34,202 bases of DNA from Candidatus Nocardiopsis merdipullorum (GTDB lineage: Bacteria > Actinomycetota > Actinomycetes > Streptosporangiales > Streptosporangiaceae). Below are positions 1 to 11,979 of the stretch, one piece after another. A program made the translations under genes and the position numbers. The first letter of the stretch is position 1. Each line of letters begins with the position of its first letter. Where the stretch lies: contig DXDP01000365.1 in assembly GCA_019115445.1 (NCBI GenBank), positions 1 through 34,202 of the forward strand. Direction: 5' to 3'. Under the pieces are notes generated by a model. That model was given only the letters and a program-made list of their open reading frames with translations. It searched no databases and was not told the origin of the DNA.

Positions 1-74
1 AGTGACCTCCTGCCCGATGGAGTGGCCGGGCCATCGGGAAGATCCGGGGCTTTTCCGAGCGAAGGGGCCCGGTG

Positions 75-92
75 TTCGAACCCCGGTACGAA
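75..92. promoter_or_regulatory. 7-4-7 pseudo-palindrome TTCGAAC-CCCG-GTACGAA, candidate NarL/LuxR-type operator for a minus-strand gene starting just left of the window
   Basis: Resembles the sites at 25020-25037 and 26999-27016. A minus-strand RBS GGAGG lies at 6-10. The site sits inside a larger inverted repeat (68-99). Confidence 0.4.
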
Positions 93-100
93 CACCGGGG

Positions 101-290
101 CGTGACGTGTGCCGGTGGGTGTGAGAGGAACCCCACGGTCCGGTGGGTGGTGCTGAGTACGCAGATGTGTGTAGTCCCGGAGGGATGTAAGCCTCTGGTG
201 AAGATCGGTGTCTCTGTTTCCAGACCACCGCCACCAGAGGCTTTGCTGCTTCCCGGGCTTCGCGCGGACCGTGTCGTCACGGTTGTCCCG
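101..290 (+). promoter_or_regulatory. Structured leader, candidate ribosome-mediated attenuator
   Basis: Nested pairings: 189-200/232-243 (12 bp, perfect), inner 206-213/222-230, 134-142/265-273 and 101-107/275-281. A short ORF 143-190 (MGGAEYADVCSPGGM*) ends at the base of the main stem. Confidence 0.45.
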
Positions 291-373
291 AGCCCAGAAC
301 AGCACGTGGAGTGACGAGTGTTCACCCGGAAGGACTCACCGGCGCGTCATAACCTGGTGCCGGTGACCTCTCC

Positions 374-643
374 TTGATGTTGCGGCAGCTCGGACAGTAC
401 GTGCCGCAGGAGCTGACATGCGTCGAAGCCATTGCCGAGCGGCTCGACGCCGACCCGGACCGAGGCGCTTTGCTCGAGATCGTCCGGGGGTCGCAGCAAG
501 TGTTCTTCGAGTGGCGGTGTGGTGTTGAACAGCGGGCGGGCCCGAGCCGCCAAGACCTGCTCAGTTCGACGTCCGACCGGTGGGAAGGGGGTGCCGACCG
601 GATTCATCCGCCACCACCTGACGCCTACGGGCTCACCCGATGA
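374..643 (+). CDS. Small hypothetical protein or gene remnant (89 aa)
   Basis: Protein-like ORF between the leader and the MFS gene. No clear RBS and no recognised family. Confidence 0.3.
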   Translation: MMLRQLGQYVPQELTCVEAIAERLDADPDRGALLEIVRGSQQVFFEWRCGVEQRAGPSRQDLLSSTSDRWEGGADRIHPPPPDAYGLTR

Positions 644-687
644 AAACAACAGAACCTGGTAGACGGGCCATCCAGGAGCAATGACAC

Positions 688-2145
688 GTGAGAGAAGATT
701 TTCCTTTGACGAATGGGGACACCAAAGCAGCTGACTCGGATGAACCAAAACCGGTGAATCGGAACGTCGTTCTGACCGTGCTGGTCTCGGGTGCTTTTGT
801 CATCATCCTCAACCAGACCTTGCTGAACACGGCTCTGCCTTCGTTCATGCAAGATTTTGGTATCACCGCAAGCGCGGCACAGTGGGTGACAACCACATTT
901 ATGCTGGTGAACGGGATCATGATCCCGATCACCGCGTTTCTGATCCAGAAGTTCACCACACGCTCCCTGTTTCTGGGTGCGATAGGACTTTTCATTTTCG
1001 GAACCCTGGTCTGTGCCCTGGCGCCTGCCTATGCTTTTTTGCTCATCGGCCGAGTGTTCCAGGCCGCCAGTGGCGGCATGATCATGCCGCTGATGCAGAC
1101 CATCCTTTTTGCGCTCTTTCCCCCACACAAGCGTGGCACGGCGATGGGTACCTTCGGTCTTGTCATCGCCTTCGCCCCTGCCACTGGACCAAGCCTTTCC
1201 GGGTGGATCGTCGACCACTTCACCTGGCGGGTCCTCTTCTTCATGATGCTGCCGATCGCACTGATCGTCCTGATCGTGGCTTACTTCATCCTCCGAAACG
1301 TCACCGAACAAACCTTTCCGCGTCTGGACATTTTGTCGATCATTCTCTCGTCCATCGGGTTCGGTGGTCTTCTCTTCGGTTTCGGTACAGCCGGGGACGC
1401 GGGGTGGGCAAGCCCTCAGGTCCTGTTGTCGCTGATCATCGGTGCGGTCGTGTTGGTCGTCTTCATCCTGCGCCAACTGAAACTGGATGAGCCGATCCTC
1501 GAGTTCCGAGTACTCAAATACCCCATGTTCGCACTCAACACGGTGCTGGGGATGTGCGTGTTCATCGTCATGATCGGAGGGATGATGGTGCTTCCTCTGT
1601 ACATGCAGAACATGAGTGACTTCACGGCGATGGAGTCCGGGCTCGTCCTTCTTCCCGGGGCTGCTGTGATGGGGCTGATGTCCCCGGTCACCGGAAGGGT
1701 CTTCGATGCCATCGGAGCGAAGTGGCTCGCCGTGACCGGGTTCACTCTGCTCACCGTCACCACCTTCATGTTCACCAGGCTGACCGTGGACACGTCGTTC
1801 GTGTACCTGGCGGCGGTGAACACGGTACGTATGCTCGGTGTTGCCATGGTCATGATGCCGGTGACCACGGCGGCACTCAATCAGCTCCCCCAGCGACTCA
1901 TTCCTCACGGGACGGCTCTGAACAACACCATGCGTCAGGTTGCTGCTTCGGTCGGAACGGCGATCCTGGTCACCGTCATGGTCGTGGCCGCCCGTCCCCC
2001 TGCGGAGTACGGAATGGAAGGGCAGGTACACGGCGCGAACATCTCGTTCCTGGTGGCCGGGATCGTTGGTGTTGCCGGTATCTTCGGGTCGTTCTTCATC
2101 AAGAACTCCCATGGACAGGGATCACGTTCCGCGCAAGCCACATAA
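688..2145 (+). CDS. DHA2-family (EmrB/QacA, LmrB-like) MFS drug efflux transporter
   Basis: 485 aa, about 14 hydrophobic segments. Motifs LNQTLLNTALP, WVTTTFML, GRVFQA, APATGPSLSGW. RBS AGGAG upstream. Confidence 0.93.
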   Translation: MREDFPLTNGDTKAADSDEPKPVNRNVVLTVLVSGAFVIILNQTLLNTALPSFMQDFGITASAAQWVTTTFMLVNGIMIPITAFLIQKFTTRSLFLGAIGLFIFGTLVCALAPAYAFLLIGRVFQAASGGMIMPLMQTILFALFPPHKRGTAMGTFGLVIAFAPATGPSLSGWIVDHFTWRVLFFMMLPIALIVLIVAYFILRNVTEQTFPRLDILSIILSSIGFGGLLFGFGTAGDAGWASPQVLLSLIIGAVVLVVFILRQLKLDEPILEFRVLKYPMFALNTVLGMCVFIVMIGGMMVLPLYMQNMSDFTAMESGLVLLPGAAVMGLMSPVTGRVFDAIGAKWLAVTGFTLLTVTTFMFTRLTVDTSFVYLAAVNTVRMLGVAMVMMPVTTAALNQLPQRLIPHGTALNNTMRQVAASVGTAILVTVMVVAARPPAEYGMEGQVHGANISFLVAGIVGVAGIFGSFFIKNSHGQGSRSAQAT

Positions 2146-2215
2146 CCATGCAGCGGGGTGAGTGTCACCGAGGGATGCTGGAACACGGTTCTGTGGATGT
2201 GGTTGTCTGCTGGGT

Positions 2216-3172
2216 ATGTTCGCCATCACAGCAGCTGACATCTCGTTCGACGACCCTCTGGCCGGTCTGGAGGCGGGAGAACGCCCCGACCCGGAACCAC
2301 GCGAAGGATGGACCACGGTCCGGGTGAAGGCGGCTTCGCTCAACCACCATGACCTGTGGAGTTTGCGTGGGATCGGGTTGGATGCCGAGAGACTCCCCAT
2401 GGTCTTGGGGTGTGACGCGGCCGGTATCGACGAGGACGGCAACGAGGTCATCGTGCACGGCGTGGTGACCGAGCCCGCCCGGCCCGGCCGTACACCTCGT
2501 TTCTCCCTGCTTTCGGAGGTCTACGACGGCACCTTCGCAGAGAAGGTGTTGGTGCCCCGGGGGAACCTCGTCCCCAAGCCGGCCGCGTTGACCTTCGAGG
2601 AGGCAGCTTGTCTGCCGACGGCGTGGTTGACCGCTTACAGCATGCTCTTCGACAAGGCGGCCCTGCCACCGGGTTCGACGATCCTGGTGCAGGGCGCCGG
2701 TGGCGGGGTGTCGGCGGCGCTGATCACCCTGGCCACGCACGTCGGCCATCGGGTCCATGTCACCAGCCGTAGTGAGGCCAAGCGTGCTCGTGCCTTGGAG
2801 ATGGGTGCATACTCCGCGGTGCCCTCGGGGGAGCGTCTGCCCGAGCGGGTGGATGCGGTCTTCGATTCGATCGGCAAGGCCACGTGGTCGCATTCTGTGC
2901 GTTCCCTCAAGCCGGGTGGTGCGCTCATCACCTGTGGTGCGACCAGCGGTGATCCTTCGCCCACGGAGCTGACCCGGATCTTCTTCCTCCAGCTGCGGGT
3001 CCTCGGTTCCACCATGGGCACTCGTCAGGAACTGGAATCTTTGGTCTCGATGCTTGTCGGGACCGGTCTTCGCCCACAGATCGACCGGGTGTTGCCACTC
3101 GATCGTGCCGAGGAGGGCTTCCGGGCGATGGCCGAGGGTGAGCACTTCGGCAAGATCGTGTTCACCGCCTGA
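2216..3172 (+). CDS. MDR-superfamily (zinc-binding dehydrogenase / quinone oxidoreductase-like) NAD(P)H oxidoreductase
   Basis: Motifs ASLNHHDLW, LGCDAAG, AACLPTAWLTAY, VQGAGGGVS, FGKIV. Start set at ATG 2216 (MFAITA). Confidence 0.9.
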   Translation: MFAITAADISFDDPLAGLEAGERPDPEPREGWTTVRVKAASLNHHDLWSLRGIGLDAERLPMVLGCDAAGIDEDGNEVIVHGVVTEPARPGRTPRFSLLSEVYDGTFAEKVLVPRGNLVPKPAALTFEEAACLPTAWLTAYSMLFDKAALPPGSTILVQGAGGGVSAALITLATHVGHRVHVTSRSEAKRARALEMGAYSAVPSGERLPERVDAVFDSIGKATWSHSVRSLKPGGALITCGATSGDPSPTELTRIFFLQLRVLGSTMGTRQELESLVSMLVGTGLRPQIDRVLPLDRAEEGFRAMAEGEHFGKIVFTA

Positions 3173-3242
3173 GCGGTGCAGCCGAGCTGCTCGGTGTCTC
3201 CCGACCCACCCTCTGGCCGACATGGGAGGTTCCCACCCGCGA

Positions 3243-3299
3243 TGATCTTGCTCCTGCGGTCGAATTCGGCGCCCGAGATTGACCACGGGAGCAAGATCA
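3243..3299. repeat. Long imperfect inverted repeat (TGATCTTGCTCC...GGAGCAAGATCA), REP-like or terminator
   Basis: 12-bp perfect outer stem with further inner pairing, between convergent genes. Confidence 0.55.
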
Positions 3300-3332
3300 C
3301 GGCGAACAGATCCAGGCCCCTGCCCTGAGCCA

Positions 3333-3366
3333 CGGGGCCGGGGTGGGTCGACCCACCCCGGCCCCG
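3333..3366. terminator. Perfect 34-bp palindrome, likely bidirectional terminator
   Basis: CGGGGCCGGGGTGGGTC|GACCCACCCCGGCCCCG between convergent CDSs. Confidence 0.65.
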
Positions 3367-3395
3367 AATCACGGAAAAAGGTCCCTACCGGCCCG

Positions 3396-5378
3396 TCAGT
3401 CGTCGTCCTCGTCGTCGAGGTGGCGCTTCTTCCGCCCGTCACGTCCCGGGCGCAGCAGCGCCTCGGCCAGCGCGAGCATGGTCTCCTCCAGGGAGGCCAG
3501 GCGCTTGCTCATGTCGTCGTGCGAGTTCTCGACCGCCTCGGTGACGGTCTCCTCGAACTCGTGACGGTCCGGTCGCTGCTTGAGCTCGTCCAGGACCGGC
3601 TCCACGGCAGTGGTGACGTGCCCGTCGATCTCGTCCAGCTTGGCGCTGTGGTCGAGGTGCGGCCGATCCAGCAGCTCGGTCAGGCGCCGGTGCACCTCGC
3701 TGACCTCCAAGGTCTGCGGGAGCTGGTTGAGGCGCTGGCTGAGCGCCTCCAAGCGGTCGTCGATGGCCTCCATCCGACCATCCACACCCTCGAAGTGCCC
3801 ACTGACACCCTCGAACTGGCCCTCGACACCGTTGACCCGGCCGTCCAGACCGTCCAGGCGCCCGTTGAGACCGTCGAGGCGGCCGTCGACCCGGTCGAGT
3901 TTGCCTTCCACACTCTCGAAGCTTCCCTCGAAGTGCCCCTCGAAGCTGTCGAAACGATCGGTGAGTCGGCCGAGTTCGTGGTCGACCTTGCCGGTGATCT
4001 GAGCCAGGTGCGTGTCCACCTTGCCGGTGAGGGACTCGTGCTGGCGCCCCAGGCGCTCGTCCAGGGCACTGCGGTGCGTCTCGACCTGTTCGGTGAGGGA
4101 CTCGGTCAGTGCCTGGTGCCGTTCGGACGTTTCAGCGGCACTCTTGTCGGCGTTCTCCTGGACGAAGGTCCGCAGTTCGGAGAAGTCGCCGGCGATCTTC
4201 TCCGCGTGCAGCTCGTCCTGCTCACGGGCTTCGGTGCGGGCCAGCTCCATCTGTTCGGTGACTTCGGCCAGACGCTGACGCAGGTGCGTTCGCAACTCGG
4301 AGAGGGAGGAGTCGTGGCTCTCCCGCAATTTGGCCAAGGAACTGGTCAGGTCGGCGACGGCGGCACCGGACTCGGCGTGGTTCTCCTCGGCGAGGGTGCT
4401 GAGTCGACCGACGTGCTCGGTCAGCTTGCCGGCGAGCGCGTCGTGGCGTTTCTCGGAGGCGGTGGCCAAAGTGGCCAGTTCCTCGGCGAGTTCGGTGGTA
4501 CGTGAACCGAGCTCACCGGTGTTGTCCTCCACCTTGGACAGCACGGCTCGGTGCTGCTCGGTGGTGCGTTCCTCCACGAACGTGCGCAGCTCGGCCGCGG
4601 CGGTGTCCACCTTGGCCGAGAGCTCCTCACCGAGTCGGGTGTCGGCCTCGGTCAGGGCCTCGCGTGCCTCCTCGAGTGCGGTGGTCAGGGAGTGGCGCCC
4701 GGCGTCGACCGCCTCGGCCAGTTCGGCCTTGCCCGCGGTCAGGGACTCGGTGATCTCGGTGTGGCCCTGCTGGAGTGCTTCTGTGAGGGTGTCGTGGCGC
4801 TGCCCGGACGACTCCGACAGCGAGTTCAGGGAGACCTCGATGGCCGAGGTCCGCTCCGACAGCGTGGCCAGTGCTTCGTCCAGGGTGTTCAGGCGGGACT
4901 CGACCGTTTCACCGAGCCCTGCCAGACGCTCACCGAGCTCGGTGACCTGCTCGGCGGTCCGGTCGCCGAGCTCGGACATACGTTGCAGACGAGTGAGGGC
5001 GGTGTCGAGGTGACCGGCGACGCGATGGGTGTCGGCGCGCAGGGACGGCATGTCCGACAGGGGTTTGACCTGTTGACCGACGATCTCTATGTGTTCGGCG
5101 AGGGTCTCGGCCCACTCCGGGGGACGGGCGAGGAAGTCGTCGACACGGCCCTGGACGGTGGTGACCGACTCGGCCAGGGCAGTGAGTTCATGCTCGCGCA
5201 GCTCACGCAGGAGCCACTCCATGCCCTCCAACCGTTGGCGCATCTCCTCGTTCACCGCGCCCTGGGACTTCTGCTCGGAGGTGTGTTCCTGAGCGGCCTG
5301 GGAGAGCAGGTCACGCATCCGGCCGGAGATCCCGGCCTGGCCTCCCCCGTTGAGGAAATTGTGATTGGTCTGTTCCAC
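3396..5378 (-). CDS. Long coiled-coil protein (660 aa), apolipoprotein-like repeats, function unknown
   Basis: GTG 5378 preceded by TAAGGAG. E/L/A/R-rich helical sequence with 11-residue and Gly-anchored heptad repeats. No Walker motifs, no TM segment. Confidence 0.85.
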   Translation of the reverse strand: MEQTNHNFLNGGGQAGISGRMRDLLSQAAQEHTSEQKSQGAVNEEMRQRLEGMEWLLRELREHELTALAESVTTVQGRVDDFLARPPEWAETLAEHIEIVGQQVKPLSDMPSLRADTHRVAGHLDTALTRLQRMSELGDRTAEQVTELGERLAGLGETVESRLNTLDEALATLSERTSAIEVSLNSLSESSGQRHDTLTEALQQGHTEITESLTAGKAELAEAVDAGRHSLTTALEEAREALTEADTRLGEELSAKVDTAAAELRTFVEERTTEQHRAVLSKVEDNTGELGSRTTELAEELATLATASEKRHDALAGKLTEHVGRLSTLAEENHAESGAAVADLTSSLAKLRESHDSSLSELRTHLRQRLAEVTEQMELARTEAREQDELHAEKIAGDFSELRTFVQENADKSAAETSERHQALTESLTEQVETHRSALDERLGRQHESLTGKVDTHLAQITGKVDHELGRLTDRFDSFEGHFEGSFESVEGKLDRVDGRLDGLNGRLDGLDGRVNGVEGQFEGVSGHFEGVDGRMEAIDDRLEALSQRLNQLPQTLEVSEVHRRLTELLDRPHLDHSAKLDEIDGHVTTAVEPVLDELKQRPDRHEFEETVTEAVENSHDDMSKRLASLEETMLALAEALLRPGRDGRKKRHLDDEDDD

Positions 5379-5729
5379 CGAGGTGCTCCTTAGGGTTCTG
5401 GCGCTCCCGTACACACCTGGGACATGGACGGTGATCCGGGTGGTCGGGACTTCCGATGGTCCCCGGGGTGACCGCACTTCGCACCACCAGCACCCCTTCG
5501 TGATCGAAGAGTGACATTATGTATGTGTATGGGGGTACAGGGGTGAACTCGACCGATCCACGGAGCAGAGCGATCAAGCGGACCTTCCGGAGGAATCCAT
5601 GAGAAGGAAAGAATTCGCGGTGATCAGTCTAACGAAGCGTTTCCGTGCAGCCTCGGGGGTTCACGCAAGAACCCGGGTCGAAAGATAACGATCCGGACCA
5701 CCTGGTACCACGGTCCGATCGGTGCTCCG

Positions 5730-6986
5730 TCACTTCGGCGTACGGCACACCAGGCTGTAGGGGCGATCCCCGATCCGGGTCATGACCACCGTGGCCGCTT
5801 CGGGGCCCGCAAGGCGAAGGTCTCGGCGTAGTTTCTCGGCGTCGACCGCCGAACCGCGCTTCTTCACGGTCACCTTCCCGATCTCCTGCTTGCGCAGGAA
5901 GGATCGCAAGCGCTTCAGGGAGAAAGGCATCACCTCGATCACCTCCAACACGCGCCACAGGGGTGAGATCTCGATCCGGTCGGAGGTGAAGAAGGCGATC
6001 CGCTCGTCCAGCAGAGCGCCGTCCACCCGTGCGGCTGCCTCCGCGACCAAGTGGGAACGCACCACGGCGGGGTCCGGGTCGTACAGGTGACGCCGAATCG
6101 GGGCCACAGGGGCCGGGCCGAGGCCGGGTTCGGCGTCCAGTTGGGCGATCGCGCCCTCGCGGGCGAGCAACCCTTCACGTTCGTGCAGTACCGTCGCCCG
6201 CCGTCCCGGTGACTGGCCGGCCAGGGAACCGAACCACAGTGCGGCTTCCTTCAGTTCCCCGTCCACCGAGATCCACTCGGCCGCGGCTTTTTTCGGGATC
6301 GCCTCATGAGGGATGCCCGGTGCAGCCTTCAGGCACGCTGCGTCGGCACCCTCGGCCAGCGCCGTGACGGTGTCCCACGAGGGGGAGTAGGCGGCGGGGT
6401 CGAAGACCCGGCCTCGGCCGTTCCTTCGCGCCGGATCGGAGAACAACAGTCGGTGATCACCGGGTGAAACCTTGGTGACGTCGGCCTCCCACACCCAGGC
6501 ACGGTCGTCCAACCCCAGGGCCTCGATGTTGGCCCGGGCCACTGCCACCGTCAGGGGGTCGATGTCCATGCCCTCCACTGGGACACCACGCTCGGCCAGG
6601 GCGAGCAGGTCCGCACCGATACCGCACCCTTGGTCGGACGCGGGTTCCCCAGAAGGAGGGGTCCCGGTCGCCTGCGTGGTGCGTTCGGCGCGGTAGGCGG
6701 CCACCGTGCCTCGAGTGGACTGTTCCAGGCCGCCCGGGGTGAAGAACATCGACGCCGCACGGTCACCGAATTTGGCGCGTCCTCGCTCGCGCAGAGTGAC
6801 TTGTGTCAGGAGCGCGTTGACCAGTTCGGAAACGGGTAGGTCGGGGTCCAGAGCCGCGACGCGCGCGCTCACGCGCAGTCGGGAGGCGACCGCCAGTCGG
6901 TCGGTCGCCACGGCCTGCGGGTCGATCCCTTCCAGGACCTCTTGTCCTGCGTCGGTCAGCAGTGCCTTGAAGGCGGCGGTGCGCAT
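5730..6986 (-). CDS. Class I SAM-dependent methyltransferase with C-terminal THUMP-like domain
   Basis: Motifs TPGGLEQST, DQGCGIGAD (motif I), FSDPARR, KAAPGI, LYDPDPAVVRSHLV, VKKRG. ATG 6986 with GGGAG RBS. This position divergent from groES is typical in actinobacteria. Confidence 0.88.
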   Translation of the reverse strand: MRTAAFKALLTDAGQEVLEGIDPQAVATDRLAVASRLRVSARVAALDPDLPVSELVNALLTQVTLRERGRAKFGDRAASMFFTPGGLEQSTRGTVAAYRAERTTQATGTPPSGEPASDQGCGIGADLLALAERGVPVEGMDIDPLTVAVARANIEALGLDDRAWVWEADVTKVSPGDHRLLFSDPARRNGRGRVFDPAAYSPSWDTVTALAEGADAACLKAAPGIPHEAIPKKAAAEWISVDGELKEAALWFGSLAGQSPGRRATVLHEREGLLAREGAIAQLDAEPGLGPAPVAPIRRHLYDPDPAVVRSHLVAEAAARVDGALLDERIAFFTSDRIEISPLWRVLEVIEVMPFSLKRLRSFLRKQEIGKVTVKKRGSAVDAEKLRRDLRLAGPEAATVVMTRIGDRPYSLVCRTPK

Positions 6987-7060
6987 GGGTCTCCCGTGGC
7001 GAAGTATGTGGTGGGGTGGGTCGCAGCGCCCTGAACAGGGGTCACGGTCACATTTCCATT

Positions 7061-7087
7061 CTGGCACTCTCAGGGGTAGAGTGCTAA
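7061..7087 (+). promoter_or_regulatory. CIRCE element (HrcA operator)
   Basis: CTGGCACTC-N9-GAGTGCTAA versus consensus TTAGCACTC-N9-GAGTGCTAA, upstream of groES. Confidence 0.93.
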
Positions 7088-7089
7088 CC

Positions 7090-7144
7090 GCGACGAGGTC
7101 GGTCTGGCACCCGCGACGACAGGCCGCCGCGGTCGCCCCTTTTT
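7090..7144 (+). promoter_or_regulatory. Structured groES 5' leader hairpin followed by a T-tract
   Basis: GCGAC(7090-7094)/GTCGC(7132-7136) and CGGTCTG/CAGGCCG stems around loop GCACCCGCGACGA. TTTTT at 7140-7144. Confidence 0.5.
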
Positions 7145-7216
7145 CGTAGCCGACCCGTGCCGTGCGCACGGGCCGGAGTCAGTACACCGAAAACTCTTGA
7201 AGGGGGAGGTCACACA

Positions 7217-7528
7217 GTGTCGACCGCCACCAAGACCGTGCTGAAGCCGCTCGAGGACCGCGTCGTGGTCAGGACCCTGGAGGCCGAGCAGACCACCGCC
7301 TCCGGCCTGGTCATCCCGGACACCGCCAAGGAGAAGCCCCAGGAGGGCGAGGTCCTGGCCGTGGGTCCGGGCCGTTGGGACGACGAGGGCGACAAGCGCA
7401 TCCCGATGGACGTGAAGGTGGGCGACGTCGTTCTGTACAGCAAGTACGGCGGCACCGAAGTCAAGTACGACTCCGAGGAATACCTGGTGCTCTCCGCCCG
7501 CGACATCCTCGCGGTCGTCGAGAAGTAG
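7217..7528 (+). CDS. groES: Co-chaperonin GroES
   Basis: Motifs [39 protein letters not shown] 7217 after GGGGGAGG. Confidence 0.98.
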   Translation: MSTATKTVLKPLEDRVVVRTLEAEQTTASGLVIPDTAKEKPQEGEVLAVGPGRWDDEGDKRIPMDVKVGDVVLYSKYGGTEVKYDSEEYLVLSARDILAVVEK

Positions 7529-7555
7529 CTCTCGACGAGGTCCCCGGGACTGTGA

Positions 7556-9238
<1,683 letters not shown>

Positions 9239-9265
9239 GCCTGAGTTGTGAGGAGTGTCGCAGTT

Positions 9266-9297
9266 CGAGGGCGGAGCGCGTGTGCGCTCCGCCCTTG
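9266..9297 (+). terminator. Intrinsic terminator of groESL
   Basis: AGGGCGGAGCGC-GTGT-GCGCTCCGCCCT, 12-bp stem about 30 nt after the groEL stop. Confidence 0.8.
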
Positions 9298-9426
9298 CCT
9301 TATCATGCGAGATTCATTTCTCGGATGGTCGGGTAGGGTGTTTTCGGGTGATTTTCCCAAAACGTAACCACTCTGTAGTTGTTGATTGGGGAGGCTCGGT
9401 CCTCAGACGGGGGCATCATTCGTAAC

Positions 9427-10068
9427 GTGACGGATACAAGCGCCCCGGGGGGCGTCACCGCGCAGCGGCCAGGAACGCAAGGGGAAGCGGACCCTGGCGC
9501 GCGTGAGGCCGGCTTGAACCATCTGGGCTCACTCGCCGTCCAAGGGGACGACGGGGCCGTGGACTCACTCCTGCGCGAGATCTGGCCCATGGTGTTCCGC
9601 TATTGTCGCTCCAGACTGGCACGGGTCTCCGGGCTTGCGCATCACTCCGACGACGTGACGCAGGAAGTGTGTATAGCCCTGCTCACGGCCCTGCCCCGGT
9701 ACGAGGACCGAGGTCGACCCTTCATCTCCTTCGTCTTCGGTATCGCCGCCCACAAGGTCGCCGACACCTTGCGCGTCGCGGGCAGAGTGGAACTCGTGCC
9801 GGTCGACGCGATGCCCGAACGCCCCGACGACGGGCCGGGTCCGGAAGAGTCGGCCGTGCGAAAGAGTGAGGCTCAGCGAGCCAGGGAACTACTCGACGAG
9901 TTGCCCGACCGGCAGCGCAAGCTGCTGGTGATGCGGGTGCTCGTCGGATTGACAGCGGATGAGACAGGACATGTCCTTGGGATGTCGGCAGGAGCGGTAC
10001 GGGTTGCCCAGCACCGAGCTATTGCTCGGCTTCGGAAGGTGGCCGTGGCGAAGCGCTTCGTTCCTTGA
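9427..10068 (+). CDS. ECF sigma-70 factor, SigD/ShbA-like
   Basis: Region 2 ([37 protein letters not shown]) and region 4 ([19 protein letters not shown]). Position between groEL1 and guaB matches mycobacterial sigD and Streptomyces shbA. Start uncertain (9379 TTG or 9427 GTG). Confidence 0.9.
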   Translation: MTDTSAPGGVTAQRPGTQGEADPGAREAGLNHLGSLAVQGDDGAVDSLLREIWPMVFRYCRSRLARVSGLAHHSDDVTQEVCIALLTALPRYEDRGRPFISFVFGIAAHKVADTLRVAGRVELVPVDAMPERPDDGPGPEESAVRKSEAQRARELLDELPDRQRKLLVMRVLVGLTADETGHVLGMSAGAVRVAQHRAIARLRKVAVAKRFVP

Positions 10069-10321
10069 GCAACACCGTCGGATGCGTCCCCGCAAAGTCT
10101 GCCCTTCCCGCCCTCGCGTGGTGAACGGGTATTGCCGCCTGGGGCTTCTGGCGCACCGCCCGTGAGCAGGTTTTGTCCGGCCGAACCCGGCAAGGGTCCG
10201 TGACAACGCTCACTTTTTGCCGGGGTGATCGGTCGAACAGCGCATTACCCCCGGAAAGAGCGTGATGACGACCTAGGATGAGACGACACGTTCAGGCGAA
10301 ACCGTGCGGTGTGTCGGTTGA

Positions 10322-11827
<1,506 letters not shown>

Positions 11828-11943
11828 TCCGCCCGGCCCGCTCTCGGCTCGACCGGGGGCTTCTTCGACCTTTGGGTGCGGTTGCGGGATTTTGTGGTGC
11901 CGGTCTCCCTTGTGTCTTTGGTGGGGGAGGCCTACGCTCTTTT

Positions 11944-11957
11944 GGAAAGCGCTTACC
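11944..11957. promoter_or_regulatory. LacI-family operator-like palindrome GGAAAGCGCTTACC
   Basis: Near-perfect palindrome with central AGCGCT, 22 nt upstream of the pectate lyase start. Confidence 0.65.
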
Positions 11958-11979
11958 CCCTTCTTGTGGAGCCTTCGCG

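Noticed and set aside
72-314. 80-aa ORF over the structured leader
   Set aside because: It runs through several hairpins, has no convincing family features, and its codon usage is unlike the real genes.
3720-3960. Roughly 21-bp periodic DNA repeats as a CRISPR array or VNTR
   Set aside because: The repeats are degenerate and in frame, encoding protein heptads. There are no spacers and no cas genes.
3396-5378. Calling the coiled-coil protein an SMC or chromosome-segregation ATPase
   Set aside because: No Walker A/B, signature or hinge motifs.
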